The notes beneath the pieces were generated by a model that saw nothing but the letters and a program-made list of their open reading frames with translations, was not told the DNA's origin and ran no database searches. 62,228 bases of DNA. It comes from Clostridia bacterium (GTDB lineage Bacteria > Bacillota > Clostridia > Oscillospirales > UBA644). The position numbers and the translations under genes are program-made. The DNA is taken from assembly GCA_017623895.1 (NCBI GenBank), contig JAGAOB010000047.1, positions 1-62,228 on the forward strand, given 5' to 3'. Shown here one piece after another: positions 8,481 to 17,804 of the stretch (positions within the stretch are counted from its first letter, which is position 1; every line of letters begins with the position of its first letter).

Positions 8481-9830
8481 ATGTATGTAAAAATAAAGAA
8501 AACCACGCTCGTCGTCTTTTCGGTGCTGGCAGGGTTGACCGTGGTTGGCCTTTGCGCAGGCTTGATCGCAATGGACGTGATGCGGAAAAATCAACGGTCC
8601 CGATACGAATCGGAGGTCGCGGCGGGATGGAGACAATCGGTTTCGGAATTGGCAACGGCTTTGAACGATCTGGAGATCGACCTGCAAAAGGGACTGTATT
8701 CCTCGGGGAATTATCAGACCGTTTCTTGGGCGGCACAGGTCTTTTCCGAGGCAGGAGCGGCGCGCACGGCGTTGGAGGCTCTGCCTCTTTACGAGCTTCG
8801 TCTGCAGGGAACCGAAACCTTCTTGAATCAGGTGGGGGAGTATACGCTGGAGATGGCACGCAAGCGTCTTCGGGGGGAATCCTTGAGTGAATCGGAGGAA
8901 AATTCTCTGAAGACCCTGGCATTGCGTTCCCGTCAGCTGGCAGACGAAATTTTGATGATGTCGGAAAAGATTTCCGATGAAAATCACGATTATCAAGCAA
9001 TGCAGCAGCTGCTTCTTCCCTCTGAGGAGGGCGAGGACAAAACGGAATTTGAATCGTTGGAGGATATTTTTTCGTCGGACAAGCCCTTGACCTACCGCGG
9101 CGAGCATTCCGCTTGGCGGGAATCGAGAACCTCCGATTGGCTCAACACCTTGAAGGAGATCGGGAAAGACGATCTGAAAGCGCTTTCCGCAAAATATCTT
9201 TCGGTCAATCAAGAAGATCTAACAGAGGAAAGCCGCTTTGACTCGCCCTTTGCCTTTCGGGAATACCGCAACGGGGATCGGGTGGTTGCCGTAACGGAGC
9301 AGGGCGGGCTACTGTACGGATTCAGCAATCTGCGGGACGTGTCCGAAAGCAAGCTGTCGGTGGAGGATGCCCTGACCTTTGGAGGTGAAGGCTTGGCGGA
9401 ATTGGGATACGAATATATGGAGCCTGTCAGCTGGGCGGCGTCGGAAAATACTCTGACGGCGGTGTACGCCCTGCGACAGGAGGGGATTCTCATTTATTCC
9501 GACCGTATTACGATTACCCTCGCTCTGGATAACGGAGAGATTATGGCGCTGAATGCTGTGGAATATCTCTTTGCCCACGATCCCGACCGAAATCTTTCCA
9601 CCGTGGTTTCGCGGGAGGAGGCCTTGCAGGTGCTCCGCCACGACCTGACGGTTCAATCCGCCGATATGGTGTCCGTTCCCCGCGGGGATGGAAGCGAGGA
9701 CGTCTGCTGGCAATTCACCGTCCGCGACGACACGGAAACCCGCGTTTTGGTCTTTGTCAATGCAAACACCAAGGTGGAGGAGGACATCCTGATCCTCGTG
9801 GAGGAGGACGACCGAAGAACTGCAATCTGA
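8481..9830 (+). CDS. ypeB: germination protein YpeB-like (PepSY domains)
   Basis: It has an N-terminal TM segment, a YpeB-like N-terminal region (WRQSVSELATALNDLEIDLQKGLYS) and C-terminal PepSY-like repeats. Confidence 0.75.
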   Translation: MYVKIKKTTLVVFSVLAGLTVVGLCAGLIAMDVMRKNQRSRYESEVAAGWRQSVSELATALNDLEIDLQKGLYSSGNYQTVSWAAQVFSEAGAARTALEALPLYELRLQGTETFLNQVGEYTLEMARKRLRGESLSESEENSLKTLALRSRQLADEILMMSEKISDENHDYQAMQQLLLPSEEGEDKTEFESLEDIFSSDKPLTYRGEHSAWRESRTSDWLNTLKEIGKDDLKALSAKYLSVNQEDLTEESRFDSPFAFREYRNGDRVVAVTEQGGLLYGFSNLRDVSESKLSVEDALTFGGEGLAELGYEYMEPVSWAASENTLTAVYALRQEGILIYSDRITITLALDNGEIMALNAVEYLFAHDPDRNLSTVVSREEALQVLRHDLTVQSADMVSVPRGDGSEDVCWQFTVRDDTETRVLVFVNANTKVEEDILILVEEDDRRTAI

Positions 9831-9896
9831 ACCGTCCCGGGAGAATTGGAACCTGCGCCGTGAGGGTCTTTTGGGGAAAAATTGAAGAATAAAGAT

Positions 9897-9936
9897 GCGG
9901 TGCGGCTTTTGTGAAAGCTGCACCGCGTTTTTTTTA
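9897..9936. terminator. bidirectional rho-independent terminator
   Basis: gcggtgcggc (9897-9906) pairs with gctgcaccgc (9917-9926) and is followed by a T-run. It lies between convergent genes. Confidence 0.7.
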
Positions 9937-9937
9937 T

Positions 9938-10804
9938 TTATTTGTTTCCCTCGTGGGGGCGAAAGCCGTTGCCAAAGACCTCCGTGGCGTCGGAGACGAT
10001 GAGAAAGGCGTTGGGGTCGGCGGTTTTTACGGTTTGCTTGAGGTGGAATAGTTCGTAACTGCGAACCACCACCAAAATTACCGTCCGTCCCTGCTCGGTG
10101 TATCCTCCTTGGGCGTCCCACACCGTGGCTCCCCGGTTGACGTTCTTGAGGATTCCGTCCAGAACCGCCTGCTTTTTATCGGTGATAATGCTGACGCTTT
10201 TTGCACGTTCCATTCCGTTTAAGATGGTGTCGATGATGGTGGACGACAGCCAAACGGTGATGGCGGAATAGAGAATCGACCAGGGATCCCGATAGATAAT
10301 TGCGGAAAAAATCAGGACGAATGCGTCTGCAAAGAGGATGACCTTTCCGTAGCTTGCACCCCGAAACCATCCCTTGATGATCTTTGCCAAAAGGTCGGTT
10401 CCTCCCGTCGCCATACCGCGGCTGAAGATAATTCCCAGCCCCGTTCCCGTCAGAACGCCTCCCGCGATGGCGGCAAGAAGCTTGTTTTCCGTAAACGAAG
10501 GAAAAAATGCCGCCACGTCCAGGACTACGGAAACGACCACTGTGGCAAACATCGTTTTGAAGAAAAATTCTTTTCCCAGCTTTTTCCACGAGAGCAGAAA
10601 CAGAGGGATATTCATCACCAAAACCGAAAGACCGATGGGGAAGTGCCAAAGATAATTCAGCACCGATCCCTCGCCCGTAAGACCTCCCACGGAAATGTGA
10701 TTCGGATCAATGAACATCCGTACTGCGGCGGCGTAGATAACGCTTCCCACCAAGGCAAACAGGACGTCCAGCGCAATGGATTTGAGATCGATTTTCCGTT
10801 TCAT
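9938..10804 (-). CDS. YitT-family membrane protein (DUF2179 C-terminal domain)
   Basis: It has a multi-TM N-terminal part, YAAAVRMFIDPNHISVGGLTG, and a soluble C-terminal domain. Confidence 0.85.
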   Translation of the reverse strand: MKRKIDLKSIALDVLFALVGSVIYAAAVRMFIDPNHISVGGLTGEGSVLNYLWHFPIGLSVLVMNIPLFLLSWKKLGKEFFFKTMFATVVVSVVLDVAAFFPSFTENKLLAAIAGGVLTGTGLGIIFSRGMATGGTDLLAKIIKGWFRGASYGKVILFADAFVLIFSAIIYRDPWSILYSAITVWLSSTIIDTILNGMERAKSVSIITDKKQAVLDGILKNVNRGATVWDAQGGYTEQGRTVILVVVRSYELFHLKQTVKTADPNAFLIVSDATEVFGNGFRPHEGNK

Positions 10805-10813
10805 TTTCCCCTC

Positions 10814-10850
10814 CTTAAAAAAATCCCGACGTAGGGGTCTATGTCGGGAG
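10814..10850 (-). terminator. terminator after mrnC
   Basis: On the minus strand, cccgac...gtcggg is followed by attttttt. Confidence 0.6.
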
Positions 10851-10855
10851 GGTGA

Positions 10856-11260
10856 TTATTTGCGAAGGGCTTGATAAAGAGCTTGAAACAGCTCCTCCAA
10901 GCGGTCGGTGGCTCCGATCAGATATAGATAACCGAACAAGGTTTCCAATCCCGTTGCCCGTTTGTATTGGATCACGTCGGAGTTGCGGTGTCCCACCGCG
11001 TCGGAATTTCGTCCCCGCTTGAAGATGGCAAGCTCGTCCTCCGTTAATAACGGAAAAATTTCTTCCAAGCCGTCGCTTTGTGCCGCGGCGGAAACGAAGT
11101 TCAGCGCTTCACGGTGCAACTGTCCGTTGGGACGGTTTTCCTGTAATACTAAAGTTTCCCGAACCAAAAGCTCGTATACGCCATCCCCCAAATACGCCAA
11201 GGTAAGGGGGGAATATTGCCGTGCTTGAGACGGGGAGATGGGACGGTCGTTTTTCAGCAT
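10856..11260 (-). CDS. mrnC: Mini-ribonuclease 3
   Basis: LAYLGDGVYELLVRE motif, 134 aa. Confidence 0.85.
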   Translation of the reverse strand: MLKNDRPISPSQARQYSPLTLAYLGDGVYELLVRETLVLQENRPNGQLHREALNFVSAAAQSDGLEEIFPLLTEDELAIFKRGRNSDAVGHRNSDVIQYKRATGLETLFGYLYLIGATDRLEELFQALYQALRK

Positions 11261-11263
11261 CGT

Positions 11264-11863
11264 TTACAGCTCCCTCCGATTTTCGATGGCCTGTGCCAGA
11301 GTCAGTTCGTCGGCATATTCCAAATCTCCTCCCACGGGGAGGCCGAAGGCAAGGCGGGAGACCTTCAGATTCATCGGCTTAAGCAGCTTGGAAAGGTAAA
11401 TTGCCGTGGCGTCTCCCTCTACCGTGGGGTCGGTGGCAAGGATGACCTCGCGGATGGGCTGTTCTGCCACCCGAGTCAGCAATTCCTTGATCTTCAGATC
11501 GGCAGGACCGATGCCGTCCATCGGAGAAATGGCACCGTGAAGCACGTGATAAAGTCCCTTGTACCCGTGGGTCTTTTCCACTGCCATCAGGTCTGCGGGA
11601 GATTGCACCACGCAGACGGTGCTTCGGTCCCGAGCGGGATCGGTGCAAATGGGACAAAGCTCGTTCTCGGTCAGGTTTTGACAATCACTGCAGTACCGCA
11701 CCGATTCCTTGGCCCGCAGGATGGCTTCGGCAAAGGCCTTTGCATCCCGTTCGGGCATATTGAGCACGTGAAATGCCAAGCGCTGTGCGGATTTCCCCCC
11801 AATGCCGGGGAGTGCCCGAAAATGCTCGGTCAATTCTTCCAGAGAATTAAAGCGATACGTCAT
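11264..11863 (-). CDS. recR: recombination protein RecR
   Basis: It has a C4 zinc finger (CSDCQNLTENELCPIC), a Toprim region, and sits in the conserved dnaX-ybaB-recR order. Confidence 0.95.
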   Translation of the reverse strand: MTYRFNSLEELTEHFRALPGIGGKSAQRLAFHVLNMPERDAKAFAEAILRAKESVRYCSDCQNLTENELCPICTDPARDRSTVCVVQSPADLMAVEKTHGYKGLYHVLHGAISPMDGIGPADLKIKELLTRVAEQPIREVILATDPTVEGDATAIYLSKLLKPMNLKVSRLAFGLPVGGDLEYADELTLAQAIENRREL

Positions 11864-11864
11864 A

Positions 11865-12209
11865 TCAAAATCCCGGGATGTTGGGAAGATTCAAGCCTGC
11901 GGTCAGTTTTCCCATTTCTTCCGCATTGGTTTTTTCCACCGTCTCAATGGCTTGATTCACGGCGGTGATCAAAAGATCTTCCAGCATTTCGGGCTCTTGC
12001 TTTGCATCGTCCAGAAGATCGGAGTCGATCTTGATCTCAAGAATCTCTTTCGTTCCCTTGATCTTTACCTTCACGGCGCCGCCGCCTGCGGCAACGTCAT
12101 ATTCCCGCTCGTTGAGCTCTTCCTCCATTTTTGCGGAATTGGCTTGAAATTCCTGCAGTTGCTTCATCATTTCTGCTTGGGTGTTTTGTTTGGGAATGCG
12201 GACTTTCAT
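11865..12209 (-). CDS. ybaB: YbaB/EbfC nucleoid-associated protein
   Basis: 114 aa, MMKQLQEFQ...GGGAVKVKIKG..EI..I.ID, in the conserved position between dnaX and recR. Confidence 0.9.
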   Translation of the reverse strand: MKVRIPKQNTQAEMMKQLQEFQANSAKMEEELNEREYDVAAGGGAVKVKIKGTKEILEIKIDSDLLDDAKQEPEMLEDLLITAVNQAIETVEKTNAEEMGKLTAGLNLPNIPGF

Positions 12210-12221
12210 CGGTAGTTCTCC

Positions 12222-14177
12222 TTAATCATCGTATTCGGGAATCTTTTCGTCGTCTCCGAAATCAAAAAGATTTTCTTTTTGCAAATAATTTATCGTGGCG
12301 TGGGGGATGTATTTATCGGTAGGGCAGTTTTCGATTCGTACGGTATACCCCTCTTTTCGGTTTTCCTCTAAAGCCGCAAGGATCAGCTGCAGCGATTCTT
12401 GGCTCTTGATTTCGCGGTAATCCTCGTCGTTTTCCGCAATGACCAAAATGGTGCGTCCTTGGTAGACCGCAGGGGCCTTTTTCAGCAGAAATCCGAGGAT
12501 TCGATTCTGTCGGCTGACGGTGTGGGCAATGTCCTTCCACGCGTCAAGAGGCTGCCATCCCTCAACGAAGGTCTCGTCTGCAGATTCGGTTCTCGGGGGA
12601 ATCTCCCGCGGGGGAGTTCTCTTTTGTGTAGGCCGGCCGGGCGCTTCATCGACAGGCTCGTGATAGGTTCCCGAGGAAGAGACGGAGGGGTTTGCGAAGG
12701 GATCGTCAAAGACGGGCGGAGCCTTCCGTTGTGTCTTTTCGGGCTTTTCACGGGAAGTGACTTCGCTTGCCGAGGGCACAACTTCGCTTCCCGAATGTGC
12801 CGTTCCGTTGGCCGAGGGCACAACTTCGCTTCCCGAATGTGCCGTTCCGCTGGCCGAGGGTACGACTCCGCTGGCCGAAGGTACGACTCCGCTGGCCGAG
12901 TTCCCGGTTCCGCTTGCAGAAGGCGCGGGGGTCAGCTTTTCGGGGATGGTTTCGGGGATGGCTTGCGGGATCGCTTTCGAACGGGCGTCAAGGTCTGTTC
13001 CCTCAGGGATTGATACGGCGGGGACGACGCTGTTTTTCTTCAGTTCCCGCAGCTGCTGTTCCACCGTTGCCAGCCGTGCCGCCAAATCCTTTGGATCGGG
13101 CTGCAGATCGGGGCGGGCAAGACGGAGCATACAGACCTCCGTGTCGGAACGCTTGTCCAGACTGCGGGGCAGCATTGCCACCGTTTCCTGAAGGATCCGC
13201 AGGGAATACAAGATCCGTTCAGGGGCGAATCGGGCGGCGATCTGCTCCAGGGCGCGGAGGTCCGCCTCGCTTTTTTCCAGAAGCGCCGCGGGATTCTTTG
13301 CAGAACGGAAGATCATCACGTCCTTCATCGTGTGCATCAGGTCGGTACAGAGCCGCCCCATATCCGCAGAAGCGTTATAAAGATCCTCCACCGCGCGGTA
13401 CATCGTGTCCGTGTCTCCGTCGGCGGCGGCGGTCAAAAGGTCGAAGATTCGTTTTTTTGGAATCACGCCCAAAACGCTTTCCACCTCTTCGCGACTGTTC
13501 AGATCAATGACCTTATCCAAGATGGAAAGTCCGTCCCGAGAGGATCCGTCTGCCAATTCGGCAATGAGGTCCAGGGCGTTTTCGTCCAAAGATTTTCCCT
13601 CTTTTTTCAGTACGTCGCGAAATTGCTCTACCAGCGTTTTCTTGGCAAGCCGCAAAAAGTCAAATCGCTGACAGCGGGAAAGAATGGTCGCGGGGACCTT
13701 GTGGATCTCGGTGGTTGCCAAAATAAAAATGGCGTGAGCGGGCGGCTCTTCCAGGGTTTTGAGCAGTGCGTTGAACGCTCCTGTGGAGAGCATATGGACC
13801 TCGTCGATGATGTATACCTTGTATTTCGCTGCCGTAGGTGTGTAAACCACTTCCTCCCGAATCTGACGGATGTTTTCCACACCGTTGTTGGAGGCGGCGT
13901 CGATTTCCTCTACATCGTACAGCGTACCCTCTAAAAGTCCTTTACAGACCGAGCATTCGTTGCAAGGATTCCCATCCTTGGGATTCAGGCAGTTTACCGC
14001 CCGTGCCAAAATCTTTGCACAGGTGGTTTTTCCCGTCCCCCGCGTGCCCGTGAACAGGTATGCGTGGGAGATCTGTCCCGTCGCCACCTGTCGCTGCAGG
14101 GTTTCAGTGATCGCCTGCTGTCCCAAAACGTCCCCGAAGGACAAGGGGCGATATTTTCGATACAACGCGTAATACAT
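12222..14177 (-). CDS. dnaX: DNA polymerase III subunit gamma/tau
   Basis: LYRKYRP..F..V.GQ, GTRGTGKTT (Walker A), the zinc module CNECSVC, and DEVHML. Confidence 0.95.
   Translation of the reverse strand: MYYALYRKYRPLSFGDVLGQQAITETLQRQVATGQISHAYLFTGTRGTGKTTCAKILARAVNCLNPKDGNPCNECSVCKGLLEGTLYDVEEIDAASNNGVENIRQIREEVVYTPTAAKYKVYIIDEVHMLSTGAFNALLKTLEEPPAHAIFILATTEIHKVPATILSRCQRFDFLRLAKKTLVEQFRDVLKKEGKSLDENALDLIAELADGSSRDGLSILDKVIDLNSREEVESVLGVIPKKRIFDLLTAAADGDTDTMYRAVEDLYNASADMGRLCTDLMHTMKDVMIFRSAKNPAALLEKSEADLRALEQIAARFAPERILYSLRILQETVAMLPRSLDKRSDTEVCMLRLARPDLQPDPKDLAARLATVEQQLRELKKNSVVPAVSIPEGTDLDARSKAIPQAIPETIPEKLTPAPSASGTGNSASGVVPSASGVVPSASGTAHSGSEVVPSANGTAHSGSEVVPSASEVTSREKPEKTQRKAPPVFDDPFANPSVSSSGTYHEPVDEAPGRPTQKRTPPREIPPRTESADETFVEGWQPLDAWKDIAHTVSRQNRILGFLLKKAPAVYQGRTILVIAENDEDYREIKSQESLQLILAALEENRKEGYTVRIENCPTDKYIPHATINYLQKENLFDFGDDEKIPEYDD
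12769..12900. repeat. in-frame tandem repeats inside the dnaX linker
   Basis: A 42-nt unit occurs twice (12769-12852) and a 21-nt unit about 2.3 times (12853-12900). They encode SASGVVPSASGVVPSASGTAHSGSEVVPSANGTAHSGSEVVPSA. Confidence 0.85.
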
Positions 14178-14212
14178 AAAGCAGCCTCCGAGGGGAAATC
14201 GTTTGGTGTTCT

Positions 14213-14320
14213 AAAAAAAGAGAACGGGTTACTTGCTGTGCACTTCGCCGATTGCTTAATGCTGCTCAGTTTCCTGCCTGACATGGTTCACAAGGCAAAG
14301 TCACGCAAGACCCGTTCGTC
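14213..14320 (-). ncRNA. ffs: small bacterial SRP RNA (4.5S/scRNA type)
   Basis: The minus-strand sequence reads gacgaacgggtcttgcgtgactttgccttgtgaaccatgtcaggcaggaaactgagcagcattaagcaatcggcgaagtgcacagcaagtaacccgttctc followed by ttttttt. The ends pair. The domain IV-like core is GUCAGGCAGGAAACUGAGCAGC. It lies in the classic Firmicute position immediately upstream of dnaX. Confidence 0.8.
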
Positions 14321-14324
14321 TCTT

Positions 14325-14353
14325 ATTATACTATAAATAAAATAAAATATCAA
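14325..14353 (-). promoter_or_regulatory. sigma-A type promoter for ffs
   Basis: On the minus strand, TTGATA (14353-14348), a 17-nt spacer, then TATAAT (14330-14325). Confidence 0.7.
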
Positions 14354-14458
14354 GACATTTCCGAAATATTTCGATTTTTGTACGAAATTCTCTTTACATT
14401 TTCCCTCGGATGTGATAAAATAGAAGAAAGTACCGAGGAGAAAGGACGGAGGATCGGA

Positions 14459-15151
14459 ATGCGTCTGGATGCGGCTTGTGCTATGGCAACGGGGAAGGGG
14501 CGAAAAGAATGTCGGGATGCGGTGCGCAAGGGCTTTGTGACCGTGGACGGCGCCGTAGTGAAAAAGGCGGATACCCCCGTAACCCGAGACAATACGGTTT
14601 GTCTTGCAGGAGAGACGCTAGATCTTCGGGAGCATTTGTATTTTATGCTCCACAAGCCTGCAGGAACCGTTTGTACTACGGAGGATACGGAGGAAAGCGT
14701 GCTGCGGCTGTTTCCCGAAAAATACCGAAAGCGTCTGTTTTGCGTTGGGCGGTTGGACAAGGATACTACGGGTCTTCTGCTTCTGACCGACGATGGGGAT
14801 TTCGACCACCGTCTGATGTCTCCCAAGCATCACGCGCCCAAGGAATACGCCGTTACCCTCGCCCGTCCGCTGTCCGACACCGATTGCTTGACCTTGGAGG
14901 GTGGGATCACACTGGAAAACGGAGAAAAAACGCAGCCCTGTCAAGTGACGAAAACGGGAGACGCCTCTTGCCGAATCGTGCTTCGGGAGGGGAAATACCA
15001 TCAGGTCAAGCGGATGCTTGCCGCGGTGTCTAATCGTGTCACGGCGTTGCACCGTTGCTCCGTGGGAGGCCTGCCTCTCGATCCCCTGCTCGCCGCGGGG
15101 CAATATCGAGAGCTGACCCCCGAGGAAATTGCGTTGCTGTCTGAAACCTGA
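14459..15151 (+). CDS. RsuA/RluB-family rRNA pseudouridine synthase
   Basis: I chose the start at MRLDAACAM, which has an RBS (aggacggagga). It has an N-terminal S4-like domain and the GRLDKDTTGLLLLTDDG catalytic motif. Confidence 0.85.
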   Translation: MRLDAACAMATGKGRKECRDAVRKGFVTVDGAVVKKADTPVTRDNTVCLAGETLDLREHLYFMLHKPAGTVCTTEDTEESVLRLFPEKYRKRLFCVGRLDKDTTGLLLLTDDGDFDHRLMSPKHHAPKEYAVTLARPLSDTDCLTLEGGITLENGEKTQPCQVTKTGDASCRIVLREGKYHQVKRMLAAVSNRVTALHRCSVGGLPLDPLLAAGQYRELTPEEIALLSET

Positions 15152-15284
15152 ACGTTCCGAAGCCTTCCTTGAGGGAATTGATCGCTCCCTGAAATCTGAA
15201 TATTCTAAAGCCTTCCTTGAGGGAATCGATCGCTCCCTGAAATTTGAATATTTTAAGACCTTCCTTGGGGGAGGTCTTTTTTTT
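15141..15284 (+). repeat. 3 x 48-nt tandem repeat beginning in the last codons of the pseudouridine synthase gene
   Basis: Units start at 15141 (ctgaaacctgaacgttccgaagccttccttgagggaattgatcgctcc), 15189 and 15237. The third unit decays into the terminator. Confidence 0.85.
15256..15284 (+). terminator. rho-independent terminator
   Basis: agaccttcc / ggggaggtct forms a roughly 9-bp stem followed by T8. Confidence 0.75.
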
Positions 15285-15324
15285 ACCGTCGCGCTGATAT
15301 ATTGTATCAGGAAAGGAGCGATGC

Positions 15325-16086
15325 TTGATGATGACAGGACAACAAACTTTGATTCGTGCCTGCACGGGGGAGATTCTGTTTGGGGGGCGCCCGTCGGGGT
15401 ATTCGGGGATCTCTGCGGGTGTGACGGCCTGCGACGGAAGATATGCTTTGCGTGCATACTGCCCCTCGGGGGAGATTGTTCCCTCCGCCGAGGTCTTGTG
15501 CTGTGCGGGGAAATATTTGTGGGAGCAAGGGATTCGAGAATGTCCTGTGACGGTGATGACTAAGGCCGATGGGGAAGAGCATTTGGTTCTCGTTTCCACC
15601 TGCTCCGATCGGGTTACCGCCGTTACTGCGGGGATCGGAAAGGCGGATTTTTCCCCGCAAAAGATTCCGTTGCGCTTTGAAAAGCCCTTAATCAACGACG
15701 TGATTCCTTTGGCGAACGGAGCGTCGGTGCGGCTGACCGCGTTGCAATTCCAATCTCCTTACGGGGTGATCTTTTTGGATACGGTGGGAGATTGTCGCGT
15801 GCTGGAATGGGGACGGGAGATCTCGGCTCTGAATTTGTTCCCCCAAGGGGTGGAAATCCTGTTCGCTTACGTTCGCGCAGAAAAGCAGCTTCATCTTCGG
15901 GCGTGGCATCGGGACGGAAGCTGTTCCGTTCAGGGCAACGACGTGTGTGCCGCGGTGGCGGCGGCGGTGGCATCAGGGCGGTGCCTTCCCGACACGGCGG
16001 TGACCGTGCCCCTGTCCGACGGCAGTCTGCGGGCGGTATGCACCAAGGATTGGGACTTGTTCCTCACGTTGCCGATGCCGTCTTGA
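15325..16086 (+). CDS. diaminopimelate-epimerase-fold protein lacking both catalytic cysteines
   Basis: By eye it aligns to DapF: VTAGIGKADFSPQKIPL with VTVDMGEPRLTKSELPM, and FPQGVEILFAYVRAEKQLHLRAWHRDGSCSVQGNDVCAAVAAAVASG with [40 protein letters not shown]. The NCGNG and ACGTG cysteine motifs and the N-terminal GNDF motif are absent. The start codon is ambiguous (TTG at 15325 or ATG at 15328/15331). Confidence 0.55.
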   Translation: MMMTGQQTLIRACTGEILFGGRPSGYSGISAGVTACDGRYALRAYCPSGEIVPSAEVLCCAGKYLWEQGIRECPVTVMTKADGEEHLVLVSTCSDRVTAVTAGIGKADFSPQKIPLRFEKPLINDVIPLANGASVRLTALQFQSPYGVIFLDTVGDCRVLEWGREISALNLFPQGVEILFAYVRAEKQLHLRAWHRDGSCSVQGNDVCAAVAAAVASGRCLPDTAVTVPLSDGSLRAVCTKDWDLFLTLPMPS

Positions 16087-16141
16087 CTTTTTTGGTGGGA
16101 TGTGGTACAATGGGAGGACGAAAAATACAGGAGAGCTTTCT

Positions 16142-17098
16142 ATGGATTTCAAACAGTCGGGAAAGATCCTTCTCGCTCCCTTGGCGGGAGTGACCGACCG
16201 AGTGTTCCGTGAAATTTGCAGAGAATACGGTGCCGACGGTGTCTGTACCGAGATGGTCAGTGCAAAGGGCATATGGTATAAAGATAAAAAAACCGCAGAC
16301 CTTCTCTTTTTTGGGGAAAAGGAAAGCCCCTGCGGGATCCAGCTGTTCGGTTCGGAGGCGGAGATCGTCGCCTATGCCGTAACCCACGCCCTGACCTATC
16401 GGCCCGCGTGGATCGATCTGAATATGGGGTGTCCCGTCCCGAAAATCGTGAAAAACGGAGACGGAAGCGCCTTGATGAAGGATCTCCCCAAGGCCGAAGG
16501 GGTCATTCGTGCCGCCGTGGCTGCGGCGGGAGACACCCCCTTAACGGTAAAATTCCGCTTGGGCTTTGAGGTGGACGTTTCGGTTGACTTTGCCCGCATG
16601 TGCGAGTCCGCAGGCGCCTCCGCCGTTTGTCTTCACGCCCGCACTCGCTCCCAGATGTATGCGGGGAAGGCGGATTGGTCCGCCATCGGACGGGTAAAAA
16701 ACGCCGTGTCAATCCCCGTGATCGGGAATGGAGACGTGTTTACTCCCGAAGACGGAGCAAGACTGTTTGAGACCACGGGATGCGACCACGTGATGGTTGC
16801 GCGGGGTGCCTTGGGAAATCCGTTTTTATTTTCTCAAATAAAGCAGTATCTCTCCACGGGAGAATATCAGATTCCCACGCCTGCGCAGCGGCTGCAGATG
16901 GGGCGGAGAATCGCGGAAAAAATGTTTGAATATAAGCCCGAGGTCCTGGCCGCCGCCGAGGCAAAAAAACAGGTGGTCTGGTGTATGAAGGGACTGCGGG
17001 ATAATGCAAAATACAAGAATCGAATCTTCGCCTCCCGTTCGGGAGAGGAATTGTTCGGGATTCTTGAGGAATACGAAAGATTGGTTGGCGACGAGTAA
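16142..17098 (+). CDS. dusB: tRNA-dihydrouridine synthase
   Basis: I chose the start at MDFKQSGKILLAPLAGVTD, preceded by an aggaga RBS. It has a TIM-barrel Dus pattern (DLNMGCP). Confidence 0.9.
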   Translation: MDFKQSGKILLAPLAGVTDRVFREICREYGADGVCTEMVSAKGIWYKDKKTADLLFFGEKESPCGIQLFGSEAEIVAYAVTHALTYRPAWIDLNMGCPVPKIVKNGDGSALMKDLPKAEGVIRAAVAAAGDTPLTVKFRLGFEVDVSVDFARMCESAGASAVCLHARTRSQMYAGKADWSAIGRVKNAVSIPVIGNGDVFTPEDGARLFETTGCDHVMVARGALGNPFLFSQIKQYLSTGEYQIPTPAQRLQMGRRIAEKMFEYKPEVLAAAEAKKQVVWCMKGLRDNAKYKNRIFASRSGEELFGILEEYERLVGDE

Positions 17099-17745
17099 TG
17101 AACGGAATCACGCACGTTATTTTTGATTTTGACGGTACCCTTGCCGATTCTCAAGGATATTGGACGATGCTCAATCCCTTGATCCTCAAGGAACGAGGCT
17201 ATCCCGTGGACGATGCGGATTTTGAAAAATGTAAAACCGCCGCACTGCCCGATTGGGAGTATCTGAAGAAAAAGTACGGGATTTCCGACCAAGACTGCCC
17301 CACCTTCGACGAGACGATGGAATATATCGACTTGTTTTACCGTACCGAAATGCGGTTGAAAAAGGGTGTCTTGGAGTTTTTGGAATACGTAAAAGGAAAG
17401 GGGATCCCTATGGCGGTCTTTTCCGCTACGCGGGAATCCTCCGTTCGTCTGGGGCTTTCCTGCCTTGGCATTGATTCGTATTTCGACGGCGTTTTTTCCG
17501 CGGGAGATTGGGGAACCAATAAGGGGCACAAGGAAACCTACCTGCGCTGCCTTTCCTTGTTGGGCACAAAGCCCGAAAACTGTATTATGGTGGAGGACGC
17601 CTTGTACAGCATCAAAACCGCAAAATCCTTGGGGATGACGGTCTATGCCGTTTCCGAGCCTTGCTTTGCTTCCGACGAGGCAGAGATCCGCTCCCTTGCC
17701 GACCGCTATGCGGAAGAATCTATGACTGAGTTTTTTCAAAAATAA
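17098..17745 (+). CDS. HAD-superfamily hydrolase
   Basis: VIFDFDGTLADS motif I. Its start overlaps the dusB stop. Confidence 0.85.
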   Translation: MNGITHVIFDFDGTLADSQGYWTMLNPLILKERGYPVDDADFEKCKTAALPDWEYLKKKYGISDQDCPTFDETMEYIDLFYRTEMRLKKGVLEFLEYVKGKGIPMAVFSATRESSVRLGLSCLGIDSYFDGVFSAGDWGTNKGHKETYLRCLSLLGTKPENCIMVEDALYSIKTAKSLGMTVYAVSEPCFASDEAEIRSLADRYAEESMTEFFQK

Positions 17746-17804
17746 AAACAGAAAGAGCCGACCTTCGTTTCCGATTGCCGTCTCTTTTCTGTCATTCTTC
17801 GTTT

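Noticed and set aside
13452-13458. dnaX programmed frameshift site (A AAA AAA heptamer in phase, minus strand ..cca aaa aaa cga..)
   Set aside because: It lies at about residue 240, inside the ATPase/lid domains. A shifted product would lack a functional clamp-loader core. There is no downstream stem-loop or upstream SD-like element. The other A-run (near 13270) is out of phase.
15325-16086. Functional diaminopimelate epimerase (dapF)
   Set aside because: The fold-level similarity is clear, but both catalytic cysteine motifs and the N-terminal GNDF motif are missing. I call it DapF-like only.
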